DNA of 63,784 bases, counting the filler, from an uncultured Clostridia bacterium (lineage in GTDB: Bacteria; Aerophobota; Aerophobia; Aerophobales; B3-G15), in assembly GCA_964482715.1 (NCBI GenBank). It is 3 parts of 3 records of this genome, joined end to end, with 100 filler letters (N's around TTAATTAATTAA, not from the genome) between each part and the next. Parts side by side here need not be neighbours in the genome. Positions count along the whole stretch, not along the records: positions 27,587 to 53,541 come from CAYZYX010000026.1; 2 more parts are not named here. One strand, written 5' to 3'. The notes under the pieces were generated by a model. That model was given only the letters and a program-made list of their open reading frames with translations, was not told the DNA's origin and did no database searches. Positions 29,579-38,545 of this stretch are shown one piece after another (position 1 is the stretch's first letter; every line of letters begins with the position of its first letter). Made by a program: the position numbers and the translations under genes.

Positions 29579-30595
29579 CTATCCTCCTAAAAGAAAACCT
29601 CTTTTTAAATGATAGCCTTTTACGAAATCATAAGCACTTATTTTATTTTTCCCTGGAAGTTGAACCTCCTTAATTAGAAGAGTTCCACTGCCCGTCTTTA
29701 CTAAAAATCCAACATCTTTGTGGATTCTTATCACCTGTCCCGGACTACCATCGTTATTTTGACTGAAGTTTTCAGGTAAGGCTGTCTTCCAAATTTTAAG
29801 AGAATAAATCCTTCCTCTCCAGGAGAAAGCAGTATAAGCACCAGGCGTAGGATTTAGTGCTCTCACCAGATTGTGAATTACACAAGCTGAACAATCCCAG
29901 TTTATCTTGCTCATTTCTTTTGTTATTTTTGGAGCGTGGCTTACTTGCCCTTTTTGTGGATGCGGCCTTGCTTTGCCCTCTCTTATTAACTCAATAGCTT
30001 CTACAAGTGCCTGGGCACCCAAAAGAGAAAGCCTTTCAGAGAGTTCTCCGGCAGTTTCATCAGGATCTATTGAAACTTCTTTTTGCAAAATTATCTCACC
30101 ACTATCAACCTTCTCTCTAACTATCTGCACACTAACCCCGGTTTCTTTTTCTCCATTTATCAAAACCCAGGGAATAGGTGCTGGACCCCTGTACTTGGGC
30201 AACAGCGAGGGATGAAGATTTATACAGCAAATTCGAGGAATACGTAAAAGTGCCGGAGGAAGTAATTTGCCAAATGCAACAACAACTATCAAATCCGGCT
30301 TTAGATTGGCAATCTCTGTCAAAAATCCCGTATCCATCAATTTTTCCGGCTGATAAACTGGAATTTTTCTTTTTACAGCTGCTTCTTTTATCGGAGTTGG
30401 CTGGACTTTCCTTCCTCTTCCAACTGGTCTATCAGGCTGAGTAACAACTGCCAGTATCCTTTCCTTTTCTACCAATTTTTCAAAGGATAAACAGGCAAAT
30501 TGAGGAGAACCCATAAATACAATGCCAAACTTTTTCTGTTTATTAGAAAACCCTGCCCCCCTCGTGAGCTGAAAGCTTTTGAGTCTAATCTTCAA
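29579..30595 (-). CDS. fmt: Methionyl-tRNA formyltransferase (start uncertain)
   Basis: IVFMGSP, VVTQPDRP, NLHPSLLPKYRG.API; likeliest start is the TTG at 30595 behind GGGAGG, alternative ATG at 30514. Confidence 0.93.
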   Translation of the reverse strand: MKIRLKSFQLTRGAGFSNKQKKFGIVFMGSPQFACLSFEKLVEKERILAVVTQPDRPVGRGRKVQPTPIKEAAVKRKIPVYQPEKLMDTGFLTEIANLKPDLIVVVAFGKLLPPALLRIPRICCINLHPSLLPKYRGPAPIPWVLINGEKETGVSVQIVREKVDSGEIILQKEVSIDPDETAGELSERLSLLGAQALVEAIELIREGKARPHPQKGQVSHAPKITKEMSKINWDCSACVIHNLVRALNPTPGAYTAFSWRGRIYSLKIWKTALPENFSQNNDGSPGQVIRIHKDVGFLVKTGSGTLLIKEVQLPGKNKISAYDFVKGYHLKRGFLLGG

Positions 30596-30720
30596 AGGGG
30601 AACCCTCCCGAATACTTTGTGGTCTTCTCCCGGGGAGAAGGCCCCGCCGCATTCAGAGTTAAGTCCCCGAAATCCTGGTGTTGGCTCAAAGTTTCTTCTC
30701 ACGAAGATGGAGGCAGGGCT
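30549..30720 (-). ncRNA. ssrS: 6S RNA
   Basis: About 170-nt rod folded by eye: AGCCCTGCCTCC/GGGGGCAGGGTT closing stem, TTCGTGAG/CTCACGAG, TTTGAGCCAA/TTAGACTCAAA, central bubble, GGGGA/TCCCC, CTGAATGC/GTATTCGG, terminal CTTCTCC/GGAGAAG hairpin. Confidence 0.85.
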
Positions 30721-30928
30721 AATAGTTTCTTAACCTCTCCAGTTTCATCATCTTTCTTCGCTGTCTTCGAATAGCCTTCAGCCTCTTCTTCCTCTTTCTC
30801 TCCGTCGGTTTCTCATACTCCTGATGCCTTTTTATCTCTGAAGTTAATCCAGACTGTTGACATTCTATTTTAAATCTCTTTAAAGCTTGAGAAAAGGAAT
30901 TATAATCATCAACTTTAATGTCAACCAA
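30719..30928 (-). CDS. rpsU: 30S ribosomal protein S21
   Basis: ALKRFK...YEKPTERKR. Confidence 0.92.
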   Translation of the reverse strand: MVDIKVDDYNSFSQALKRFKIECQQSGLTSEIKRHQEYEKPTERKRKKRLKAIRRQRRKMMKLERLRNY

Positions 30929-31030
30929 GCTCCACGCACCTCCTTAAAATTTACTTTATATTTTATCAACAGTTTAATAAATTTTTGGTCTAAGTCAACT
31001 TTAAAAGCCTGACACGGGCTTTAAATACCT

Positions 31031-31051
31031 GAAAAAGTGTCCTAATTTCGG
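31031..31051 (+). repeat. Dispersed intergenic motif, copy 6
   Basis: GAAAAAGTGTCCTAATTTCGG. Confidence 0.5.
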
Positions 31052-31063
31052 TAAAAGCTAATT

Positions 31064-31414
31064 TTACCCGGGAGGCCAACCAAGTCTCCTCCCGCTTAGA
31101 AGATGAAAGTGAAGATGATTCACTGATTGACCGGCTAAAGGACCACAATTAACCACTACTCTAAAACCCTTCTCCAGGTTCTTACTTCTCGCAATCTCCT
31201 TAATCGCATTATATATTTTCCCAACTACATAGATATTTCCTGAAGATAAATCCATGATACTTGGTATATGGTCTTTAGGTATAACCAAAATATGATATGG
31301 AGCCTGAGGATTTATATCCTCGAAAGCTACTATTTCCTCATCTTTGTAAACTATACTCGCAGATGCCTCTCCTCTTGCTATCCTGCAGAAAACACATCCA
31401 GACATTGATCTCAT
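31064..31414 (-). CDS. hinT: Histidine triad nucleotide-binding protein
   Basis: CVFC, AGQSVNHLHFHLL, WPPG. Confidence 0.95.
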   Translation of the reverse strand: MRSMSGCVFCRIARGEASASIVYKDEEIVAFEDINPQAPYHILVIPKDHIPSIMDLSSGNIYVVGKIYNAIKEIARSKNLEKGFRVVVNCGPLAGQSVNHLHFHLLSGRRLGWPPG

Positions 31415-33504
31415 ATTTCCTTTTTGTCAGCTCTTTTCTTGCTCAGGTTTAACCTTCCAAGTTCATCGATACCGATTATCTTCACCAAGATTTCATCTCC
31501 GGGTCGAACAACATCGGATACGTTTTTAACGTATTTATCGCTCAATTCAGAAATATGGACGAGCCCCTCTTTACCTGGAGATATCTCAACAAAAGCTCCA
31601 AAGTCTGTCACTCTCTTAACTTTTCCAAGATAAACCTGTCCCACTTTTAGCTCTCTAACAATATCTTTTATCATTTTAGCTGCTTTCTTGGTAGCCTCTT
31701 CATCCATAGAAGCTACAGTCACTCTACCTTCCATATCGTCTATATCTATCTGCACACCGGTTTCCTGTATTATCTTCTTTATAACTCTACCACCAGGACC
31801 TATAATCTCACCAACTTTTTCCATCGGTATAGAGAAGGTAATTATGCGAGGAGCATGTTTGGATAGAGTTTTCCTGGGTTTATCAATTACCTGGGCCATT
31901 TTTGCGAGGATCTCTCTTCTGGCGATTTTTCCCCTTCTGAGAGCCTCTTCCAGAATGGTAAAATCTATTTCCTCAGTTTTTATATCCAGTTGGAGAGCTG
32001 TGATGGCATCTCTGGTCCCGGCAATCTTAAAGTCCATATCTCCCAGATGATCCTCTATGCCCTGAATATCGGTGAGAATGGCAACTTTGTCTTTTTCCTG
32101 GATTAGTCCCATCCCCACCCCGGCTACAGCTTCGGAAACCGGAACACCTGCATCCATCAAACACAGACTGCCACCACATACTGAAGCCATAGACGAGGAT
32201 CCATTGGATTCCAGTATGTCAGAAACTAATCTTATAGTGTAAGGAAAAATGTGTTCATCCGGTAAAACGGCAAGGAGCGCTCTCTCTGCCAGAAAACCGT
32301 GGCCAATCTCTCTTCTTCCCGGAGCACCCAGACGACGGGCTTCTCCAGTGGAAAAGGGAAGAAAATTGTAATGAAACATAAATCTTTTGGTAGTTTCTTC
32401 CCTTTGAAGTCCATCAACAATCTGTTCATCAGCTGCGGTTCCCAGAGTAGCCACCACTAAACATTGAGTCTCTCCTCTGGTAAATAGAGCCGAGCCATGG
32501 ACTCGGGGTAGAATCCCTACCTCGCAACTTATAGGCCTTATATCTTCTATTCCTCTCCCATCCCACCTCTTTCCCTCAAACAAAACCATCTCTCTTAACT
32601 TCTTACGCTTTAATTCCTCGAGAATAAATAAAAGATCTTGCTCTTTTTCTGGTTCCTCAGCAGCTAATTCCTGAACAAGTTCTTCCTTCACTCTTTCCAG
32701 ATACTCCTCCTTCTGGTCTTTTGTCCAATCAGAGGTGATTTTTTCGATTTTAGGAGACAAAAACTCAATTGCTTTTTGCTTTAGATTTTCATCCACTTCA
32801 TAACAACATATAAGGGGTTCTTCTTCGTGTGGGGGTACTTGTGATAAGAACTTCTCCTCAATATCTACTAACTCTTTAACAACCAAATGTGCTTGCCTAA
32901 AAGCCTCCATAATGACAGGTTCAGAAACTTTATGGGCCCTTCCCTCCACCATGGTTATGCTTTCTCTTTTCCCTGCCACTATAAGATCCAGATCACTTCT
33001 TTCAAGTTCCTTATCAGTAGGATTAATAATGAACTCTTTCCCAATTCTTCCCACACGAACTCCAGCTACTGGTTTTCTAAAGTAACTATTTGCAAGAGCA
33101 AGAGCTAAACTTGCACCGGTGATACCCAAAACAGCGGGTTGGTTAGATTCACTAGCTGAAAGAACTGTGGCTATTATTTGGGTTTCATGTCGAAACCCTT
33201 TTGGAAAAAGAGGACGTATGGATCTGTCTATTAGTCTACTACAAAGAATCTCCTCATCAGATGGTTTTCCCTCCCTTTTAAAGAATCCTCCAGGTATTTT
33301 CCCAGCAGCATAAGCCTTTTCCCGATAATCTACCGTTAGTGGGGCAAATCCCATTTCCTCCTTTTCCTGGGAAGAAATTACAGCTGTTACCAGAATAATA
33401 TTTTCCCCATATTGAATCCAAACGGCACCGGAACTTTTTTTGGCCACCTTCCCCGTCTCTATGACTAATTTTTGACCAGCAATTTCACTCTCTAATCTAT
33501 ACAT
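31411..33504 (-). CDS. pnp: Polyribonucleotide nucleotidyltransferase
   Basis: GKIPGGFFKREG, RREIGHG, ESNGSSSMAS, GDMDFK, KH and S1 domains. Confidence 0.97.
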   Translation of the reverse strand: MYRLESEIAGQKLVIETGKVAKKSSGAVWIQYGENIILVTAVISSQEKEEMGFAPLTVDYREKAYAAGKIPGGFFKREGKPSDEEILCSRLIDRSIRPLFPKGFRHETQIIATVLSASESNQPAVLGITGASLALALANSYFRKPVAGVRVGRIGKEFIINPTDKELERSDLDLIVAGKRESITMVEGRAHKVSEPVIMEAFRQAHLVVKELVDIEEKFLSQVPPHEEEPLICCYEVDENLKQKAIEFLSPKIEKITSDWTKDQKEEYLERVKEELVQELAAEEPEKEQDLLFILEELKRKKLREMVLFEGKRWDGRGIEDIRPISCEVGILPRVHGSALFTRGETQCLVVATLGTAADEQIVDGLQREETTKRFMFHYNFLPFSTGEARRLGAPGRREIGHGFLAERALLAVLPDEHIFPYTIRLVSDILESNGSSSMASVCGGSLCLMDAGVPVSEAVAGVGMGLIQEKDKVAILTDIQGIEDHLGDMDFKIAGTRDAITALQLDIKTEEIDFTILEEALRRGKIARREILAKMAQVIDKPRKTLSKHAPRIITFSIPMEKVGEIIGPGGRVIKKIIQETGVQIDIDDMEGRVTVASMDEEATKKAAKMIKDIVRELKVGQVYLGKVKRVTDFGAFVEISPGKEGLVHISELSDKYVKNVSDVVRPGDEILVKIIGIDELGRLNLSKKRADKKEI

Positions 33505-33507
33505 AAT

Positions 33508-33777
33508 TTACCTTCTTAGACCAAGTCTTTTTATAATTTCCTGATACTTTTCTGGATCTTCCCTCTTAAGATAATCCAGGAGTTTTCTTCTTCTGGAAAC
33601 CATGACATAAAGGCCTTTTTTCGAACCATGATCTTTCTTGTGCCTTTTAAAATGTTCGGTTAGTTGACTTATTCTTCTGGTTAAAACGGCAACTTGAACC
33701 TCTGGTGAACCGGAATCTTGAGGGTGTCTCCCGAATTCATCCCTTATCTTTTTTTTCTCTTCGCTACTTATTCCCAA
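33508..33777 (-). CDS. rpsO: 30S ribosomal protein S15
   Basis: [23 protein letters not shown]. Confidence 0.97.
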   Translation of the reverse strand: MGISSEEKKKIRDEFGRHPQDSGSPEVQVAVLTRRISQLTEHFKRHKKDHGSKKGLYVMVSRRRKLLDYLKREDPEKYQEIIKRLGLRR

Positions 33778-33873
33778 CTCTTACTCCTTCTTTTTTGCAT
33801 ATAAAATAGCAAATTTTATCCAAAGTGTAAAGTCTTTATGAATTTGGTGTTCTTAGAACAAGCATTTTTGATA

Positions 33874-34455
33874 CTATTTTACTGGAAGATTGACCATTGT
33901 AGAGAAGACAAGGGGTTTATCATTTTCTCGTTTAAGAATTAACCGCAACCTAACAGCTTCTGGTAGAGGAAGACTATCCGTAATTTTCTTTTTCTCTGAA
34001 TCCCAGCTTTTTCTCCATTTTCTACCATCGTAATAGGAAAAACTCAAGTTAACTACTCTGGAAACTAAAACAGTAGTTGCTCCGGGATTATTTTTGTCTT
34101 CTAATACGCTTATTACCTTCCGAAAAATGGTTCCATCCTGAAGCTTGTATTCTACTTTTTTTAAGTCGTATTCCTTCTCCTCATGAGCAATGTTGGAGGA
34201 GGAGTAAAACACAATTTTATTTTCTTCACCTTTAAAGATAAGATTGCTGTTACTTAAACTTAAAAAAGAGCTTCGCAATTCTCTGCTCATAAGATCAAAG
34301 CATCCCTTTGCTTCCTGGTATCTTTCAAGATCCTCGTTTCCTCTTTCCCAGATAAAATACCCTTTTTCAAATATTACATACAAACCTAAAAGAGTAAAAG
34401 CTAAAATAAAAGCACTTACCACAGTCTCCAGAAGAGTAAACCCGCCTTTTTTCAT
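33874..34455 (-). CDS. GspJ-like minor pseudopilin
   Basis: GFTLLE prepilin motif; FSYYDG..W..SWD and LPEAVRL. Confidence 0.8.
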   Translation of the reverse strand: MKKGGFTLLETVVSAFILAFTLLGLYVIFEKGYFIWERGNEDLERYQEAKGCFDLMSRELRSSFLSLSNSNLIFKGEENKIVFYSSSNIAHEEKEYDLKKVEYKLQDGTIFRKVISVLEDKNNPGATTVLVSRVVNLSFSYYDGRKWRKSWDSEKKKITDSLPLPEAVRLRLILKRENDKPLVFSTMVNLPVK

Positions 34456-34862
34456 TATCTTCTGGCAAGATAGGTTATAACCTCGAGTTCAGGACTAAAG
34501 CCTTTTTCCTCAATCTCTCCCCATATCTTTATCCGTACTTTCCTCAAATTTGGGATACCCGTTTCCCACCAGTTGACTCGCCATCTAAAGCCTGGTGCGT
34601 CTTTAAACTCACCCTCCCCCGACCCAGATTCATTTCCTGGATATTTTTTTGCCAGAGAATCATAACCCTCCGTTCTTATTTGTTCCATAAATCTTTGGGC
34701 CAGAATAATCATCAGGGATAATTTTTCCACTTTTTGTTTTGATTCAAGCCCCGGGGAAAAGGTCTGAATCAGAATGAAAAGGCTTCCACACAAAATTACT
34801 GATATAAAAATTACTTCCAAAAGAGTAAAAGCATCTTTCCTGCCAAAATAAAGTCCTGCCAT
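34455..34862 (-). CDS. GspI-like minor pseudopilin
   Basis: AFTLLE prepilin motif; FRW...LRKV pattern. Confidence 0.7.
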   Translation of the reverse strand: MAGLYFGRKDAFTLLEVIFISVILCGSLFILIQTFSPGLESKQKVEKLSLMIILAQRFMEQIRTEGYDSLAKKYPGNESGSGEGEFKDAPGFRWRVNWWETGIPNLRKVRIKIWGEIEEKGFSPELEVITYLARR

Positions 34863-35432
34863 TTAATGCTTTCCTTCGTATAGGTTCGCCTTTCCCGTAG
34901 AAGGCACCAGGGTAACCGTGTACCAGCTATCCTGGTTTTCTGCTTTCAGATAAATTGAACCCCCCTCACAAGTTCCCTGAGGATAAAAAACAAAACAGTT
35001 ATCCGAAAATCCTCCCTCTACAATTCCATCTTCCTCACCCCATTTATTTAGGTTGGGATTGGCAAAAATTATGCCTTTTTTTAAATTGATAACTTTATCC
35101 AACGGCTCCCCATCTTCATCTTCAATCCAATACTGTCTTCTCTTAACTGCAAAGACAACCTTATGAAGTTTTCTTTTAGTTATAGCCAGCCTTCTTGCCC
35201 AGGTTAAAGTGCTGACCATCTCCTGAGCCGATGTTTTTAAAAGGGACTGAGAGAAACGCTTATGCAAAGCTACAAATCCGAAAAGAGTAATAGAAACAAT
35301 TATCCCAAGAACAAAGATCAATTCAACAAGCATGAAGCCCTTGAAAAGTGGTTCAGGTGTTATTTTATCACCAGTTATTAACATCATCCTCCAACCAGCC
35401 ATTACCCCCGCTTTGCAAACTAAGTTCATCAA
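34863..35432 (-). CDS. GspH/FimT-like pseudopilin (start probably later)
   Basis: GFMLVE prepilin motif; ARRLAI, FYPQG..GGSIYL. Confidence 0.75.
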   Translation of the reverse strand: MMNLVCKAGVMAGWRMMLITGDKITPEPLFKGFMLVELIFVLGIIVSITLFGFVALHKRFSQSLLKTSAQEMVSTLTWARRLAITKRKLHKVVFAVKRRQYWIEDEDGEPLDKVINLKKGIIFANPNLNKWGEEDGIVEGGFSDNCFVFYPQGTCEGGSIYLKAENQDSWYTVTLVPSTGKANLYEGKH

Positions 35433-35988
35433 TCAAACCATCTCCATCATCATCTATACCATTCTGACAGTAATTGCCATCAGCTGGTTCATTAGCTTCC
35501 TCTTGATCAGTTCCGGTCTTTCCATCCATCCCTTTAGAATAAATGTCAAAAGTTGTTACATTGTGAAAAGGAGGATAAGTTAAAGGATCATTATCAAGGT
35601 TGGCTCGATAAACATAAACATGCACAGTATCATCCTCACCTTTGCACCACGGATCTACCAGTTGACCCTTTGAATTTACTTCCCTGTCTTTAAACTCAAG
35701 ATAAGGTCCTTTCCATCCCGGGGTCTGTCTTACTGGATCGTCTTCATCGGGGTCTAAGGCTCGCCTAAGAGAGACAGAACCTTCATCGTCTGGTGGATAA
35801 TTTCCTGTATCAATTTTGTACATGGATATGGCCAACTCAAGTTTCCCGATAAATACCTTTGCCTCAGACCTCTTGGCTCGGTTGGTTGCATTTATAAGAT
35901 TAATAGTTATAATTGCTGTAAAAACGGAGGCTACAGCTATCACTATTAACAGCTCGATTAAAGTAAAGCCAGCAGAACTTCTTTTCAT
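35368..35988 (-). CDS. gspG: GspG-like major pseudopilin
   Basis: MKRSSAGFTLIELL, Y..DTG.YP, WKGPYL, DPW, DIYS.G.DG, DDVNNW. Confidence 0.85.
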   Translation of the reverse strand: MKRSSAGFTLIELLIVIAVASVFTAIITINLINATNRAKRSEAKVFIGKLELAISMYKIDTGNYPPDDEGSVSLRRALDPDEDDPVRQTPGWKGPYLEFKDREVNSKGQLVDPWCKGEDDTVHVYVYRANLDNDPLTYPPFHNVTTFDIYSKGMDGKTGTDQEEANEPADGNYCQNGIDDDGDGLIDELSLQSGGNGWLEDDVNNW

Positions 35989-36096
35989 GGAAGGGAAATT
36001 TAAACTCCTTAGAATTAACCAAATTATTATATCTCTTTTTTTCTTAAAAAGCAACCAGAGGATTTCTCAGACATAAAAATAAATCTGTCACAGGAG

Positions 36097-36963
36097 GTGC
36101 TCATGAAAGAACTTATAATCTATGAACAGCCAAATTTAAAAGATTCTTCTATGATACTTGGTTTTTCAGGATGGATGGATGGAGGAGATGTCTCAACCGG
36201 TACCATTGAATACTTAAAAAATAAGCTTAAGGCCAAAAAATTTGCCGAGATATCACCAGGAGATTTTTATATTTTTAATTTACCTGGTACTATGGAACAA
36301 GTAGCTCAATTCAGACCATATACCAAGGTAAGGGATGGGCTTGTGGTTGATTTTCAGTATCCTCAAAATCAATTTTTTTACGCCCAAAATTACAATCTGA
36401 TTCTTTTCTCTGGTAAAGAACCTAACTTAAAATGGAACGATTATGCAAATTGTATCTTTGCTGTTGCTGATAAATTCAATGTAAAAAAGATCTACTTTAT
36501 TGGAAGTGTCGCTGGATTAATTCCACATACAAGAGATGTAAGAGTTTCCTGTTCCTTATCTCATGAAGAAACCAAAGCCATTCTTCAGAAATACGAAGTT
36601 AGATTTACCAATTACGAAGGACCGGCAAGCATTGTAACCCTGCTTACTAAACTATCACTGGAACGGGGCATTGAAATGATAAATTTTGTTGCTGAGATAC
36701 CCATTTACGTCCAGACAAAAAATCCAAAAGGCATAAAAGCTGTCACAAAAAGAATTATCAATCTTCTCAATATAGATATTGATCTTAGCGATCTTTCTAA
36801 AATGAGTGAAGAATTTGAGGATAACATAAATAAACTGGTTGCCTCACAACCTAAACTTGCTACCCAGGTAAAAAAATTGGAGGAAAATTACGATAAGGAA
36901 TTCTTTGATCAAAAGGGCGATTTCGAAGAATGGCTAAGGCAACATGGTATTGATAAACTGTAA
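36097..36963 (+). CDS. PAC2 family protein
   Basis: GFSGWMDGG, G.EPNLKW, PHTR, YEGP motifs. Confidence 0.85.
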   Translation: MLMKELIIYEQPNLKDSSMILGFSGWMDGGDVSTGTIEYLKNKLKAKKFAEISPGDFYIFNLPGTMEQVAQFRPYTKVRDGLVVDFQYPQNQFFYAQNYNLILFSGKEPNLKWNDYANCIFAVADKFNVKKIYFIGSVAGLIPHTRDVRVSCSLSHEETKAILQKYEVRFTNYEGPASIVTLLTKLSLERGIEMINFVAEIPIYVQTKNPKGIKAVTKRIINLLNIDIDLSDLSKMSEEFEDNINKLVASQPKLATQVKKLEENYDKEFFDQKGDFEEWLRQHGIDKL

Positions 36964-36969
36964 AAGTTT

Positions 36970-37833
36970 TTATATCTTTCCCATCTGTTCAAGAATCTGT
37001 ATAGCTTGAGCCCAACCTAATCCCATCGCCTTGTCCAACACAAAAACGTTTTCTTTCTTCTTGATAATCTCGCTTAAACCAGGGTTATTTTCTAAGCCAT
37101 TTTTCACCACAAAGTAAACGCCTACTTCATCAGCAATCTCTACGTCCTCCACTGATTCTCCTATTCCTACCAGCTGTTCTCTTTTTAATCTTCTTATCTT
37201 CTTATCCCTGGCCACGGCCGATCTTTTGCTTGTTGCACTGGGTATAAGGTGGTAACAATGGGGAGCCGGAAAATCTTTTTCGGGAGGGACTTTTCCATTA
37301 TCATTTAATCTTAAATTGGAAAATCCGTGTTCTTTTAGTAGAAGATTCGCATCCCTAACAGGGATATTCCCCACCAGAATTACATTATTCCTGACCTCAT
37401 CAGCCCAGGGATAATAATATCTTATCTTACCCGGGAACCTGGAAAAAAGCAATTCAACTGCACCAGATTCCTCTATAATTTGGCGAGGAGATTTGCCTTT
37501 CTCAATTTTTATATCTCCTATATTATAAATTACCTTTTTCCCCAGATCATAAACAATTTCACAACCCGATTCTGCTATAAAATTCTTAAATCCCAGGATA
37601 CGGGCGTTTTCCCTCAACTGGGAGTGAGTTCTTCCCGAAACAATAACCACATCGATTTTCTTCTGTAGAACATGAAAAACAGCCTCAATGGGGATGAGAG
37701 TTAGTTTACCTGAAGGAGCGGTAAAAATACAACCCTCCGGGTCAGTAAGAGTTCCATCCATGTCAGTGTATATAACCTTCACCTTGGTTAAATTCTCTTT
37801 GATATAACAAAAATTTTTCCTTTTTATCTCCAT
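36970..37833 (-). CDS. HAD-superfamily hydrolase (Cof/IIB-like)
   Basis: TDMDGTL, SGR, IGES..D; start moved to the ATG after GGAG. Confidence 0.8.
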   Translation of the reverse strand: MEIKRKNFCYIKENLTKVKVIYTDMDGTLTDPEGCIFTAPSGKLTLIPIEAVFHVLQKKIDVVIVSGRTHSQLRENARILGFKNFIAESGCEIVYDLGKKVIYNIGDIKIEKGKSPRQIIEESGAVELLFSRFPGKIRYYYPWADEVRNNVILVGNIPVRDANLLLKEHGFSNLRLNDNGKVPPEKDFPAPHCYHLIPSATSKRSAVARDKKIRRLKREQLVGIGESVEDVEIADEVGVYFVVKNGLENNPGLSEIIKKKENVFVLDKAMGLGWAQAIQILEQMGKI

Positions 37834-37914
37834 ACGTTGCTCCATTACACAATCAAAATTATAGAGCTTAAAATTTTTTGTCAATTTATTATGATATTAA
37901 AAGAGGGAACGACA

Positions 37915-38193
37915 ATGAAACAAAAAAGAGTCTACATTCTTGTCAGGGGAAGAGTCCAGGGTGTTTTTTTTCGGGCAACTGCTCGAGACATAGCGCGAAG
38001 GCTGGGTGTTAAAGGATGGGTGAGAAATCGTTGGGACGGAAAAGTAGAAATGGTACTTGAGGGAGAGGAAGGAGCGGTGAATAAATTTATAGATTGGTGT
38101 CATCAAGGACCTCGAGGAGCCCTGGTGACCGGGGTTGAGGTTAAACCGGAGATCTTTAAAGGAGAATTTGAAAATTTCACTATACGCTATTGA
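37915..38193 (+). CDS. acyP: Acylphosphatase
   Basis: GRVQGVFFR, GWVRN..DG.VE, GP. Confidence 0.95.
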   Translation: MKQKRVYILVRGRVQGVFFRATARDIARRLGVKGWVRNRWDGKVEMVLEGEEGAVNKFIDWCHQGPRGALVTGVEVKPEIFKGEFENFTIRY

Positions 38194-38329
38194 ATAAGAA
38201 AAATGTTATTACAAAAAATTTGATGCCGGAAGTGGGATAGATTTGCCCTGGATTTTTTCCGGTTATGGACATCTCCTGTGGATCCTTATACTTATTTGAA
38301 AAGGCTTCTAAAGGCGAGGTTCGGTTGTC

Positions 38330-38357
38330 TTGACAGGGTATAGTGTGGGTATAAAAT
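38330..38357 (+). promoter_or_regulatory. Putative dnaA promoter
   Basis: TTGACA-16-TAAAAT. Confidence 0.6.
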
Positions 38358-38388
38358 TAAGATTAGATTTCCTCCTCTTTCAAAATCT

Positions 38389-38517
38389 TGTGTATAACTC
38401 TTGAAAGGGTTTTTTATTCCCTGTTGAGAAAAAAGCAAAGAGTAAAAAGAAAGATTTTTTTCTCCTGCTACTGCTGGTTTCATAGTTATCCACAGTTGTG
38501 GATAATCCTGTGATTAA
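38389..38517. promoter_or_regulatory. DnaA-box cluster upstream of dnaA
   Basis: TGTGTATAA 38389-38397, TTATCCACA 38486-38494, TGTGGATAA 38497-38505, degenerate TGTGATTAA 38509-38517. Confidence 0.85.
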
Positions 38518-38545
38518 CTTCTGATAAGACAAAGAAAAATTAAAA

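Noticed and set aside
30596..30652. Long N-terminal extension of Fmt in the ORF track
   Set aside because: The ATG at 30652 lies deep inside the 6S RNA and has no RBS
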